From a virus (Duplodnaviria > Caudoviricetes): a DNA stretch of 25,143 nucleotides. The notes beneath the pieces were generated by a model that saw nothing but the letters and a program-made list of their open reading frames with translations, had not been told where the DNA came from and made no database searches. This document shows positions 1-8,464 of the stretch, piece by piece; within the stretch, counting starts at the first letter, position 1, and each line of letters begins with the position of its first letter. Location: positions 1 to 25,143 of the IMG/VR virus record IMGVR_UViG_3300010361_000037. The stretch is one strand, 5' to 3'. A program made the position numbers and the translations under genes.

Positions 1-6
1 AAATTC

Positions 7-38
7 CGGCACCGCCGCGTCCGGCACCGCCGCGTCCG
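7..38. repeat. 15-bp tandem repeat CCGGCACCGCCGCGT x2
   Basis: Two exact adjacent copies; a further partial copy (TTCCGGCACC) lies near 48-57. Confidence 0.85.
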
Positions 39-351
39 GACGGCGGTTTCCGGCACCCGCTCGGCGCGTAAAATGCCATTTGTTGGCGTGCAGGAGGCCC
101 TAGAATCGATCGGCGGAGGGTGCCCGGTACCGCAGCACCCGGCAATCGCAAATGTAGCGCTAACGCGGCTGAGCTGAGGTGTAGACTGATCACGGGTTGG
201 GACGGCTGCGCCCAACGGCCGGAGTTAGGTTTGTAAGTCGTTGAGTTAAAATGGGATAGAGCGAAAGGGCAAGCGTGGCGCACACGGGGAAAAAGGCGCC
301 ATAGCGCGGAAGCGCTCCCGGGGCTTGTGTCGCGCCGGAGTGAACGGCACG

Positions 352-369
352 CGGTAATTGAGATTACCG
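352..369. promoter_or_regulatory. Palindromic operator-like site CGGTAAT-N4-ATTACCG
   Basis: Perfect inverted repeat; near-identical site at 16627-16644. Confidence 0.5.
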
Positions 370-582
370 CGCGTCGGACGGACACTCCAGACTACCATGG
401 TAAGCGTAAGCTAGGACTAGGGTTAGCCATAGGCACGAGACGAAGTCTAGCTTAGAGCGTAGTTACGCGCGCGGGTTATGCGCGCGCGTTGTCCGGGGGC
501 TGGCCCGGCAGCGGAGCGGGTTGACCTCATCTCCGGATAAAATTTTCGTCGGAATTTTCGTTATTTGCGTTAGGATTCCGGC

Positions 583-999
583 GTGATGCTGATGGGGCGG
601 ATTTACTTGACAAGCATCCCGGTGTGGCTGCGCCGCGACACTTTGCATGGGCTGCCTTCCCCAGTCCGCTTCAGGCATTTGCGCGGGGGTGTTGACCATA
701 AGCGGATAGCGGGCCCAGAAACGGTGACAGTTGAAGAGATTTGCCGTAGAGCGGAAGCGCGGGAAGCAGAGCGCGTGCTCCAGCCCGTAGAGGCCCCGGT
801 GCATCTGCTACGGGGGTCGCCATGCGTGCGCGCCTGGTCGCGGTACGCTTCGACGGTGGCGGGGTGGACGCTGTGCGGGATCAGGCTTCCCCGGCGGCCT
901 TTCCGCCGCCAGGCGGCTTACGTGGAGGAGGCCGGGCGGGTGAGCTGCCGCTTCTGCCTGATGCTGATCGGGGCGGCGAAAAAAGGGCGGGCTTTGTAG
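583..999 (+). CDS. Hypothetical protein with probable Zn-binding C-terminus (true start probably downstream of 583)
   Basis: VHLL...TLCG...VSCRFC pattern typical of small phage Zn-binding proteins; the N-terminal part does not look protein-like. Confidence 0.5.
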   Translation: MMLMGRIYLTSIPVWLRRDTLHGLPSPVRFRHLRGGVDHKRIAGPETVTVEEICRRAEAREAERVLQPVEAPVHLLRGSPCVRAWSRYASTVAGWTLCGIRLPRRPFRRQAAYVEEAGRVSCRFCLMLIGAAKKGRAL

Positions 1000-1041
1000 G
1001 TACCATGACGGTACCCAGGTGGGATTACGTATAGAATGGGT

Positions 1042-1169
1042 GGAACCCGGGCCCGCAGGCCTGGCTTAGCCTTTCCTTCAGCCGGGCGGTGCGGGCCGTT
1101 CCCCCGAGTCGTAACGGGAGATCCTCAAGACGGTGGGGGCGGCGGATCTTCACCGTTTCCGCCGCCCCC
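1042..1169 (+). ncRNA. Structured leader or small RNA with two hairpins
   Basis: TAGAAT -10-like hexamer at 1032-1037; long interrupted stem 1042-1102; perfect 12-bp stem 1135-1146/1158-1169. Confidence 0.4.
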
Positions 1170-1182
1170 GGGGAGTAGATTT

Positions 1183-1452
1183 ATGCGACCGCCACCGAAG
1201 CCTGGGATGGTGCGGATGCGTCTTCGGCTCAGCCGGGAGGTGATGCGGCTGATCGAGCGGGAGATGCGGCGCACGGGCGGGACCGTGGATCAAGTGATTC
1301 AAGGCCTGGTCGACCAGCTCGAGAGGGTGGACCCCTCCTCCCGCTGGTTGACCCCGCCCATCAGTGACGGGGAGGCTCGTGAGCTTTGGGGGGACAATTG
1401 GGAGGGCGAAGTGATCAGCGATTTGGCGATCCGTTTTCTGCGGGTGAATTGA
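1183..1452 (+). CDS. Ribbon-helix-helix-like DNA-binding protein (89 aa)
   Basis: GGGAG SD before ATG 1183; VRMRLRLSREVMRLIEREMRRTGGTVDQVIQGLV fits the RHH strand-helix-G-helix pattern. Confidence 0.55.
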   Translation: MRPPPKPGMVRMRLRLSREVMRLIEREMRRTGGTVDQVIQGLVDQLERVDPSSRWLTPPISDGEARELWGDNWEGEVISDLAIRFLRVN

Positions 1453-1456
1453 ACCG

Positions 1457-1618
1457 ATGCGTTTTTACTTGCATGGCGAGGTGGTGGAGATGACCGAGGA
1501 GGCCTGGCAGCGGGTGGTGGAGCGGGCGGCCGAGGACGGGCGTTCGCTGGCCGAACTGCTCGAACAGCTGGTGGAGATGGGGCGGCTGGCGCGGGAGCGG
1601 GGCTGGGAGTGGGAGTGA
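1457..1618 (+). CDS. Small RHH-like protein (53 aa, absent from ORF track)
   Basis: Hand translation MRFYLHGEVVEMTEEAWQRVVERAAEDGRSLAELLEQLVEMGRLARERGWEWE; A..GRSLAELL is RHH-like; fills the gap between neighbours. Confidence 0.6.
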   Translation: MRFYLHGEVVEMTEEAWQRVVERAAEDGRSLAELLEQLVEMGRLARERGWEWE

Positions 1619-1633
1619 GAGTGAGAGTGAAAA

Positions 1634-1993
1634 ATGACCATCTACCGGGGTCGTAGAGTACGAGGCAATTACATCATCGAGCGAAGAGATGAATCGCAAA
1701 AACGCTGGTCAAATCTATCCCCGCGCAAAAGTTTAAAACTGTGGAATCATAGCCCAACTGGGTTTGCATGGGGCTATGCAGGAAGCGGACCTGCTCAGGC
1801 AGCGCTGGCGCTGCTACTGGATCATGCCGGGAATCGGGATCTGGCCTTGAACTTCTATCAGGATTTCAAGTTCGACGTTATTGCTCGACTGTCTGATGAA
1901 TGGGAAATGACAGGCAATCAGATTTCGGAAGCCATAGCAGCCATCAAACAAAAACGGGTAGATGAAGAAGCAGTCACTTGGCTAGGGAAATAA
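1634..1993 (+). CDS. DUF6166-family protein
   Basis: Signature NHSPTGFAWGYAGSGPAQAALALL; lower GC than the flanks. Confidence 0.8.
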   Translation: MTIYRGRRVRGNYIIERRDESQKRWSNLSPRKSLKLWNHSPTGFAWGYAGSGPAQAALALLLDHAGNRDLALNFYQDFKFDVIARLSDEWEMTGNQISEAIAAIKQKRVDEEAVTWLGK

Positions 1994-1994
1994 C

Positions 1995-2041
1995 CGGCGA
2001 AGGACCGGGTAACACACTCTCCCGAATCCGATCCTTCGCCG
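1995..2041. terminator. Hairpin between convergent genes, probable terminator
   Basis: CGGCGAAGGACCGG / CCGATCCTTCGCCG inverted repeat with one mismatch. Confidence 0.55.
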
Positions 2042-2092
2042 TTCTGAGTCATCGACTGATGTTCTCGCTTCCTGAATGCTACCACGCTCTGC

Positions 2093-2431
2093 TCACATGA
2101 TTGCCTCGACCGTGTTTTCCACCGCCGCCTGCAGCGCGGTGTCGGTGATTTCCGAGCCCGCCGCCTGCACCGCCGGGTCCATGACCACCGGCTGCTGGAT
2201 TTCCTGCGCCATCGTGTCCGGCATCTGGTAGGTGCGCTGCGCCCACTTCATACGCGTGTTGTGGCCCTTGACGGCGGGCAGCTCGAGCATGATCGCCTGC
2301 GCGAACTTCAGGCACGAGACCTTGCAGCGGCCCCGGAAGGTCGGATCGGTCATGAGGGTGGCGCTCTGCTCGTAGGTCAGGCCTCCCCCGAGCGTGGGAA
2401 CGACCTTGGACGGATAAGGCTGCGGGATCAT
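2093..2431 (-). CDS. Hypothetical protein downstream of tail fibres (112 aa)
   Basis: GC3-rich codons, G-rich SD, co-oriented and 10 nt after the fibre stop codon. Confidence 0.75.
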   Translation of the reverse strand: MIPQPYPSKVVPTLGGGLTYEQSATLMTDPTFRGRCKVSCLKFAQAIMLELPAVKGHNTRMKWAQRTYQMPDTMAQEIQQPVVMDPAVQAAGSEITDTALQAAVENTVEAIM

Positions 2432-2441
2432 GAAACCCCCT

Positions 2442-4382
2442 TCAGTTCTTCTCCAGCTTGGCGAGCCGCCGGTCCAGCTCCTGCACGGCCAGGATCATGT
2501 GAAAGTGAATCTCGTGGTTGTCGAAATCTAGGATCTCGGTCTCGTGTTCATCGGTCTCGCGCAGCTTGCCTCGGTGTGAAGGTACGCATCCCGGCAGGAT
2601 TTTCTTCAACTCTTCCACGATCACCGAGACCACCTTCGTTCCTGCGGGCGTACCGTTCAGGCCGTTGTACTGTGCTTCCACCGGCACGATCTGTTTGATG
2701 ATTGGAAGCCCGCCTTCAAGTGGCTTTACGTTTTGTTTTAAGCGGCTGTCGGAGGAGATGATCCAACCGTTGGAGTTAGGCTTGGCCGCACTGTCGCTTT
2801 GCAGGTGAAGCAGGTACGAGGGACTCATTCCAAGGCCGACATTGCCTGTGTAGAAAATGAAGCTTGAAGCCTGAAATTGGAGGGGCAGCCACGCAGTGTT
2901 AGGCGCGTTAAGAACATTAATATAGCCGTAGCCGTTATAGCCCATATATATTCTGTCGCCGCCGGAGGCACTAGCGATAGTAATAGCAGTGGTTCCAATT
3001 ACTTCTAGGGTACCGCGCGGACTCGTCGTCATAATGCCGACGCTACCACCGCTGGTCAAAACCATCTGCGGAGTCCCGTTTGACGGATTGATTGATGCAC
3101 CGAAGGTTAGTTGGCCGATGGCAACACCAATCCCGTAGGCTGCGCCCGAGCCGTTATCCCAGGTGGCGATCTTTACCGGAGCTATGGTCTGCGCGGTGCT
3201 CAACGACAGGCCGGCACTGATGGTCGTCTGGCCGATGATCACTCCGTTGTTGGTGATGCGCATACGTTCGGCGGGTGTGGGTTGTCCGGTGAAGAATTCA
3301 ATCTCACCACCGGCACCCGAGGCTGTCGTGACCTCGAACTTTATCTGGCTGCGAAGTATTCCGCCATCGTTGAACTGAATCATGGCGGCATTCCCGTAGG
3401 CGGCCCCATTGTTTCCCAACTCCAAGACGGGCCCGACAGCGCCGCTGGCAGCCTTATACAACGTCAATATTTGCCCCGGGCTCGTGGTTCCGATGCCGAC
3501 GTTGCCCGCTGCGCTGATATACAGCCGTGCCGTAGTGTTGGCGGAGTCGAACGCATTTCCTCCCTGCGCATTACTCTGGTTGATGGTGAAATCGCCAAGG
3601 TTCCAGTAGTTCGAGGAGAGCGCCCAGTTCCGCGATGCAGTACTGGCGTAGGTGTTGTACAGGCCCAAGCCAACTCCGGTTCCGCTCGTGCTTAAAATGG
3701 CCGTCGGAGTGTTGCTCACGGTCATCCTTACATCGAGAAGCGCTCCCGGGCTCGCCGTCCCGATGCCGACGTTGCCCGCCCCGGTGATGATCATGGAAGA
3801 GTGGCTGGTCGCGCTCCCGGCCGCCGTGGTGAAGAACTGGATATAGCCTTCGGTCGAGGCGGTAGTCCAGGCGGTGTTGGTATTGAAGGCGATCTGGCAG
3901 GGCGCGACCCAGCCGCTGCCGCTATAGCCGTAGGCGACGATATTGAGGAACTGATCGCTGGCTCCGGTTGCCAGCGGTGCGGCCATGGTGCCGCGCGCGC
4001 TGTAGCCGAGAAGCTGCAGGCCGAGGCTCGGATTGGACGCAGACCCGGAATAGGAGTCGCCGCGAATCGTGGCCCAGGCGCCGGAGGCGGAGTTGTAGTC
4101 GGCGGCCACGCGCAGGGTCGGATTGAGATTGTTCTTGTAGACCGCAAGGTCGTAGAGCGGAGTCGAGGTGCCGATCCCCAGCCGATTATTGGTGTTGTCC
4201 CAGAACAGATTGGCGCTAGCCCCGAGCGCGCCCGCGTTGTTCCACTGCACCTGGCCGGTGGCGCCGGCCGCGATCGGGCTCCCCGCCGTCGTGACCCACT
4301 TGGTGCCGTCCCACTTGTAGACCACGCTGCCGTTAGTGACGGTCTGGTTCAAGGTCGGGGTGTTGGGAAAGTCGAACGGCAT
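2442..4382 (-). CDS. Tail fibre protein with C-terminal peptidase S74 intramolecular chaperone
   Basis: Repeated GNVGIGTxSP units; SSDSRLKQNV autocleavage motif; terminal coiled coil LAVQELDRRLAKLE. Confidence 0.9.
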   Translation of the reverse strand: MPFDFPNTPTLNQTVTNGSVVYKWDGTKWVTTAGSPIAAGATGQVQWNNAGALGASANLFWDNTNNRLGIGTSTPLYDLAVYKNNLNPTLRVAADYNSASGAWATIRGDSYSGSASNPSLGLQLLGYSARGTMAAPLATGASDQFLNIVAYGYSGSGWVAPCQIAFNTNTAWTTASTEGYIQFFTTAAGSATSHSSMIITGAGNVGIGTASPGALLDVRMTVSNTPTAILSTSGTGVGLGLYNTYASTASRNWALSSNYWNLGDFTINQSNAQGGNAFDSANTTARLYISAAGNVGIGTTSPGQILTLYKAASGAVGPVLELGNNGAAYGNAAMIQFNDGGILRSQIKFEVTTASGAGGEIEFFTGQPTPAERMRITNNGVIIGQTTISAGLSLSTAQTIAPVKIATWDNGSGAAYGIGVAIGQLTFGASINPSNGTPQMVLTSGGSVGIMTTSPRGTLEVIGTTAITIASASGGDRIYMGYNGYGYINVLNAPNTAWLPLQFQASSFIFYTGNVGLGMSPSYLLHLQSDSAAKPNSNGWIISSDSRLKQNVKPLEGGLPIIKQIVPVEAQYNGLNGTPAGTKVVSVIVEELKKILPGCVPSHRGKLRETDEHETEILDFDNHEIHFHMILAVQELDRRLAKLEKN

Positions 4383-4384
4383 AG

Positions 4385-6436
4385 TTAGTTGCTCTCCAGC
4401 TTCTTGGCCAGCTGCTGCACGGCCAGGATCAGGTGAAAGAGGATCTCGTGGGAGTTGAAATCGTCGATCTCGACTTCTTCTCTGTCCTCTCTGCGGAGCC
4501 TGCCTCGATGCGTTGGCACGCAGTGCGGCAGGATCTTCTTCAGTTCCTGGGTAATCACGCTGACCACGCGCAGACCTTTGGGTGTTTCGTTCAGGCCGTT
4601 GTACTCTGCCTCGACGGGGCGGATCTGGTTGATGATCGGAAGCCCGCCCTCCAGCGGCCGTACGTTCTGCTTCAAGCGGACATCGCTGGCAATCGTCCAG
4701 GTGTTGGTGGAGGGCTTCGCGGCAGAATCGGCACCGACATGGAGATAGTAACTGGGACCTGTATTAGCAATACCAACGAGACCACTTGGTGAAACTGTAA
4801 GACGAGCCGCACCAGCCGTGGCATCATAAATGTTAAAATTACCCGGCCCGATCCCGCTACTGCCGGATGAAGAGAATAGAACCCATTGCCTTCCACTGGT
4901 GCCGGTATTTTCTAGGCGTATCCCCAGATCTGAGGCATTCGAGGTTAGCCTCAGAACACCCTGACCGCCTCCGGCTCCAGCACTTCCGCTAATATCAAGC
5001 GGATAACTCGGGCTCGTGGTCCCGATGCCCACCAGGCCTGCGACCGTTAGGACCATCTGTGCCGCGCCATTATTTGTGTAGAACTGCAGCGGATGGTTTG
5101 TGATACTGCCGAACGCTACCTTACCGGCATCGGCATACAAGGCTCCCTGCGCTGTGTTCATCCATAAGATCTGTCCGTTGGCTCCCGTGCCGCGAACATC
5201 CAACAGCGCTGCGGGACTCGTGGTCCCGATACCGACGCTGCCGGTCGGGTCAACCACCATCTTGATTGTCGGCTGCGTGGTATTATCGTCCGCGCTCTTG
5301 GTCATGAAGGCGACGGCTCCGCGCTGGCCTCCCGAACCTTGCGCGGGAAATCCAACAGCCGCGCCGGGAATGGGATTAGTGGAATAGAATCCGCCGACAC
5401 GCGAGTAGTTCGCCGCGCCAACCCCATCGATAGGAGCACCGTCCGTTCTGCCCTCGATTCCGCCGAAATTGGGGCTGGTTCCAGCCTGGAAAACAACCTG
5501 CGGACTCGCCGTCCCGATTCCCATCCGGAAATTGGTATTGTCCCAAAACAGGTTAGCACTGGCCCCGAATATACCGGCGTTGTTGAACTGCACCTGGCCG
5601 CTAGAGCCTGCCGGAGAAACAGCCGGCTGCTGATTGACCGTGATTACCCACTGCGAAGAAGTCGGGTCCGTGTACCAGACGTACAACTGTGTCCCGGCGG
5701 AATCGAACCAGAGCTGGCCGTTAGTGGGGGAGGCGGGGGCGGTGTCGCTGACGGTGACCCCGGGAGGGGGGGCCGGGGGCGCGACCCAGGTGGCGTCCTC
5801 GCGCAAGAATCTGGTGGTCCCAGCAGTCGCACCGGGATCGGGGACAATACCGATGGAATGGGCGGCACCGCTCGCCCCCATGGGGATGGCCGAAAGCGTG
5901 ACGTTAGCCGACAGCGGTCCGCCTCCCGCCAGCCCGCTTCCGGCGATGATCTGGGTGGAGATGGAGGGGTAGAAAGCGCTGTAGTCGTTGGCCTGCGCGA
6001 CTACCGCCCCCACTCTGCCGAAGACGCTGGCCAGGGCCACGCTGATGGTGCCGTCGCCAGTCACGCTCACGTTACTGCCGATCTTGACTCCGCCCAATTG
6101 CGTGGCCGTGGCCGGGATGGCCAGCCCCGCCGGCCCCTGCGGCCCCTGCAGCCCGGGAGGGCCCTGCGGCCCGGCGGGCCCGGGGGGTCCGGGGGCGCCG
6201 CTCACTCCGGGGATTCCGGACGGCCCCTGCGGTCCCGGCGGCCCGGGAGGCCCGGGGATACCCGCCGCCAGCTGAGCGCTGAACGCGTCCGGAGAGACCG
6301 TGCCGGTAAGTGCAGCCGAGGTCAGCGAACCCGAGAGCGCGGGCGGCTGCATGGCGCCGGTGAGCGAAGCCGAAGAAAGCGAGGCCGAGAGCGAGGGGGC
6401 CTGGAGCGAAGCGCTGAAGGGATTCTGCGGGGTCAT
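4385..6436 (-). CDS. Tail fibre protein with collagen-like segment and C-terminal S74 chaperone
   Basis: G-X-Y run ([13 protein letters not shown]...), [29 protein letters not shown] repeats, [10 protein letters not shown]. Confidence 0.9.
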   Translation of the reverse strand: MTPQNPFSASLQAPSLSASLSSASLTGAMQPPALSGSLTSAALTGTVSPDAFSAQLAAGIPGPPGPPGPQGPSGIPGVSGAPGPPGPAGPQGPPGLQGPQGPAGLAIPATATQLGGVKIGSNVSVTGDGTISVALASVFGRVGAVVAQANDYSAFYPSISTQIIAGSGLAGGGPLSANVTLSAIPMGASGAAHSIGIVPDPGATAGTTRFLREDATWVAPPAPPPGVTVSDTAPASPTNGQLWFDSAGTQLYVWYTDPTSSQWVITVNQQPAVSPAGSSGQVQFNNAGIFGASANLFWDNTNFRMGIGTASPQVVFQAGTSPNFGGIEGRTDGAPIDGVGAANYSRVGGFYSTNPIPGAAVGFPAQGSGGQRGAVAFMTKSADDNTTQPTIKMVVDPTGSVGIGTTSPAALLDVRGTGANGQILWMNTAQGALYADAGKVAFGSITNHPLQFYTNNGAAQMVLTVAGLVGIGTTSPSYPLDISGSAGAGGGQGVLRLTSNASDLGIRLENTGTSGRQWVLFSSSGSSGIGPGNFNIYDATAGAARLTVSPSGLVGIANTGPSYYLHVGADSAAKPSTNTWTIASDVRLKQNVRPLEGGLPIINQIRPVEAEYNGLNETPKGLRVVSVITQELKKILPHCVPTHRGRLRREDREEVEIDDFNSHEILFHLILAVQQLAKKLESN

Positions 6437-6768
6437 GGGCGGGTCACCTCCTGGGTTACCTTCACGTTGCCCGCCAGGATGGTGGTGATGATCCCGGCCG
6501 ACGAGGTCAGCTGCAGATCCCAGACATATTGCCCGGCGAGGGTGGTGGTGACAGCGTGGGGGATGGAGAGCGAGACATTGGGCGAGTTCACGGCGGTCGA
6601 AATCTGGACCACGATCTGGGGATAGATGTCGGCCGGCCCCTGGCGGATCTGGGCTTGAGCCGTATATCCGGCCAACACCTGGGCGGGCGGGGTGGAGCCG
6701 CTAGAGACGGTGACGATGGCGCTGTAGTCGTCGCCCTGATAGATGTTCAGGTCGGCCGTGTCCGCCAT
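6433..6768 (-). CDS. Small virion/fibre adaptor-like beta-sandwich protein (111 aa)
   Basis: DLNIYQGDD...YTAQAQIR...YVWDLQLT...[14 protein letters not shown], a pattern common in proteins preceding phage fibres; ATGA overlap with the fibre gene; TATAAT 7 nt upstream of ATG 6768. Confidence 0.75.
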   Translation of the reverse strand: MADTADLNIYQGDDYSAIVTVSSGSTPPAQVLAGYTAQAQIRQGPADIYPQIVVQISTAVNSPNVSLSIPHAVTTTLAGQYVWDLQLTSSAGIITTILAGNVKVTQEVTRP

Positions 6769-6799
6769 GGCTCGAATTATAGTGCTATCTTCGGAGCCG

Positions 6800-7021
6800 A
6801 TGGCACGGCGGACGCGCATGCCCAACCGCTTGGGCGAGCCGGTCGAGACCCGGCGCCGGAGAGTGCCGCGCGAGGTTTTCGGCTACCCGGCGACGGCCAG
6901 CTATCTCGAGGGCGAGCCCCGGCCCCCGGAGAAGGTTCCCGGCGATCCGGCCACCCTCGAGCGCACCCGGAGCACGAAGGCTCGGGCCGAGCGGCTGCGC
7001 GGCGCCAGGAAGAAGCGCTGA
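6800..7021 (+). CDS. Small basic hypothetical protein (73 aa)
   Basis: GGAG before ATG 6800; Arg-rich; GC3-rich. Confidence 0.5.
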   Translation: MARRTRMPNRLGEPVETRRRRVPREVFGYPATASYLEGEPRPPEKVPGDPATLERTRSTKARAERLRGARKKR

Positions 7022-7129
7022 TCAGTTCACCCAGCCGTTCCCTCCGTCGACGTAGCGGCCCGCAGCTACCGCCTTCCAGATAGCGTCGAACCAGGCGATC
7101 TGCTGCTCACTCAGCGGTATCAGGTCCAC
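7022..7129 (-). CDS. Possible 35-aa peptide
   Basis: GTG start after GGAAG; VDLIPLSEQQIAWFDAIWKAVAAGRYVDGGNGWVN; overlaps the upstream mini-ORF. Confidence 0.35.
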   Translation of the reverse strand: MDLIPLSEQQIAWFDAIWKAVAAGRYVDGGNGWVN

Positions 7130-7259
7130 CTTCCGAGTATGGATCGCACGTCCACTCTTCGATCGCGGGGCAGTCGCATTCAAAGGCGTGGTCCTGGTGG
7201 ATTCGACACCAGAATTCGCCGCATCCTCCGGGGCAGGGAATCCAGGCAGGGTTGGGCAT
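7107..7259 (-). CDS. Cys/His-rich mini-protein (50 aa, absent from ORF track)
   Basis: MPNPAWIPCPGGCGEFWCRIHQDHAFECDCPAIEEWTCDPYSEGGPDTAE; 6 Cys and 2 His. Confidence 0.55.
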   Translation of the reverse strand: MPNPAWIPCPGGCGEFWCRIHQDHAFECDCPAIEEWTCDPYSEGGPDTAE

Positions 7260-7302
7260 AAAAAACCGGCCAGGCCCCAATGACCCGAACCGGCCTGGCC
7301 GG
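7260..7302 (-). terminator. Intrinsic terminator
   Basis: Perfect 11-bp stem CCGGCCAGGCC/GGCCTGGCCGG followed by T6 on the minus strand. Confidence 0.75.
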
Positions 7303-7359
7303 GGCTTGAGGAGATGGAGCCTTCCCGATTTTAAATCCAGCCGTCAATTTTTCCCCATG

Positions 7360-7670
7360 GACTATAGCTATAGTCTCGCGCGCGCGCGTATCTAGTAGAG
7401 AAATACTATATCTCCGAGGGTGGTTGACTCTTACTGTATGTAGAGGATGTAGAGAATGAGGAAAAGGTGGAGATAGATGGAGTTTTTATAGTAGGGGGGT
7501 ATAAGGGGGGGGGCGGCTCCCATTCCTCCACCCCCATAGCCGGAGCCCGGACTCCCCTCCCTCTACACACAGAGCCGGACTCCACATTTTTCACGACCCC
7601 CCCGGCCTCCACACTTTTCACACCCTCCACACTGCTCCACATTCTCCACATACCTCCACACTCTCCACAC
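7360..7670. repeat. Putative replication origin: palindrome plus opposed GTRGAG / CTCCAC repeat arrays
   Basis: 16-bp palindrome GACTATAGCTATAGTC at 7360-7375; (CG)n run; GTRGAG at 7395, 7440, 7449, 7467; CTCCACA at 7580, 7607, 7625, 7635, 7644, 7654, 7663; lies just downstream of the replication operon. Confidence 0.6.
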
Positions 7671-7733
7671 CGGGCTATGATTCCGCCGGACAAGAGTATG
7701 GCTCTAAAAGGGATAGATGTGCGTGCGCGGGGG

Positions 7734-8264
7734 CTAGAAGTTCCAGTCTTCCCGGTTGTCGGCCAGGTGGACTTTTGAGACCTGTAACTCGGAAACAGGG
7801 CGCAGCTGCTCCTCGGGCACGAACCAGGCCTCCTCGTGCCCGCCGGGATTGGAGCGGAAGCGCGCCTGTTTGGCGTCCTTGCCGCGAATCCAGCCGATCA
7901 TCTCGTAGACCGGCATGGCCCCCCGTACCAGCACGTAAAAGCGGTCGTCGTGATCGTCGTCGCGCACGATCAGATCGCGCTTCTTTCCCGGCTTGTCCCG
8001 GCGCCAGCGGACCTCGATCGCGCCGCCCACGTCCGAGACCCCCTGCTTGAAGGTGTTGATGGCGGCGTGCCAGTCGAGGTTCAGGCGCTTGGCTACCGCC
8101 CGCTCCGCGCCCGCGCTCTCGATGTGGTTCAGGATCGAGGGTTCCTCGGAGTACTGCTTCTTGGCGTGCTCGGGGAAGCGGAAGACTTCGGCTTCCCGCC
8201 GCGCTCCCACGTAGATCGCCTGCTCGCATTCGTACCATTCGAGCGCGATGCATTCTTTGGTCAT
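7734..8264 (-). CDS. Hypothetical phage protein, possible PD-(D/E)xK nuclease fold
   Basis: GAERAVAK...SDVGGAIEVR...YVLV...MIGW...WFVP pattern; ATGA coupling to the upstream gene. Confidence 0.7.
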   Translation of the reverse strand: MTKECIALEWYECEQAIYVGARREAEVFRFPEHAKKQYSEEPSILNHIESAGAERAVAKRLNLDWHAAINTFKQGVSDVGGAIEVRWRRDKPGKKRDLIVRDDDHDDRFYVLVRGAMPVYEMIGWIRGKDAKQARFRSNPGGHEEAWFVPEEQLRPVSELQVSKVHLADNREDWNF

Positions 8265-8464
8265 TTCGTCTCCTCGTCTCTTATCGGTTCAGGGTCCTCG
8301 ACGAACTGGATCTTGCTGAAGGCCTCCCTCAAGGCCTCGAACTCTTCCTCCGCCCGCACCCGGAAGGTGCCGCACAAAGCGAAGGTGCGGTCGGGGGCCT
8401 GGGCGATGAACAGCGCGCACCAGACATGCTTGCCGTTCTTGCGGTAGCGGACCTTGAAGGTCAT
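8261..8464 (-). CDS. Hypothetical protein (67 aa)
   Basis: GAGG SD; ATGA overlaps at both ends. Confidence 0.75.
   Translation of the reverse strand: MTFKVRYRKNGKHVWCALFIAQAPDRTFALCGTFRVRAEEEFEALREAFSKIQFVEDPEPIRDEETK

Noticed and set aside
2442-6436. Diversity-generating retroelement acting on the fibres
   Set aside because: No reverse transcriptase in the window and no template/variable repeat pair differing only at adenines; similarity between the fibres looks like ordinary paralogy
5339-6625. 428-aa plus-strand ORF
   Set aside because: Antisense shadow of the fibre gene; low complexity and no coupling to neighbours
7580-7670. CRISPR array
   Set aside because: Repeats are 7 bp with 2-3 nt gaps; no spacer-sized units and no cas genes
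7406-7778. ORFs 7406-7693 and 7467-7778
   Set aside because: Translations merely reflect the DNA repeats of the origin-like region
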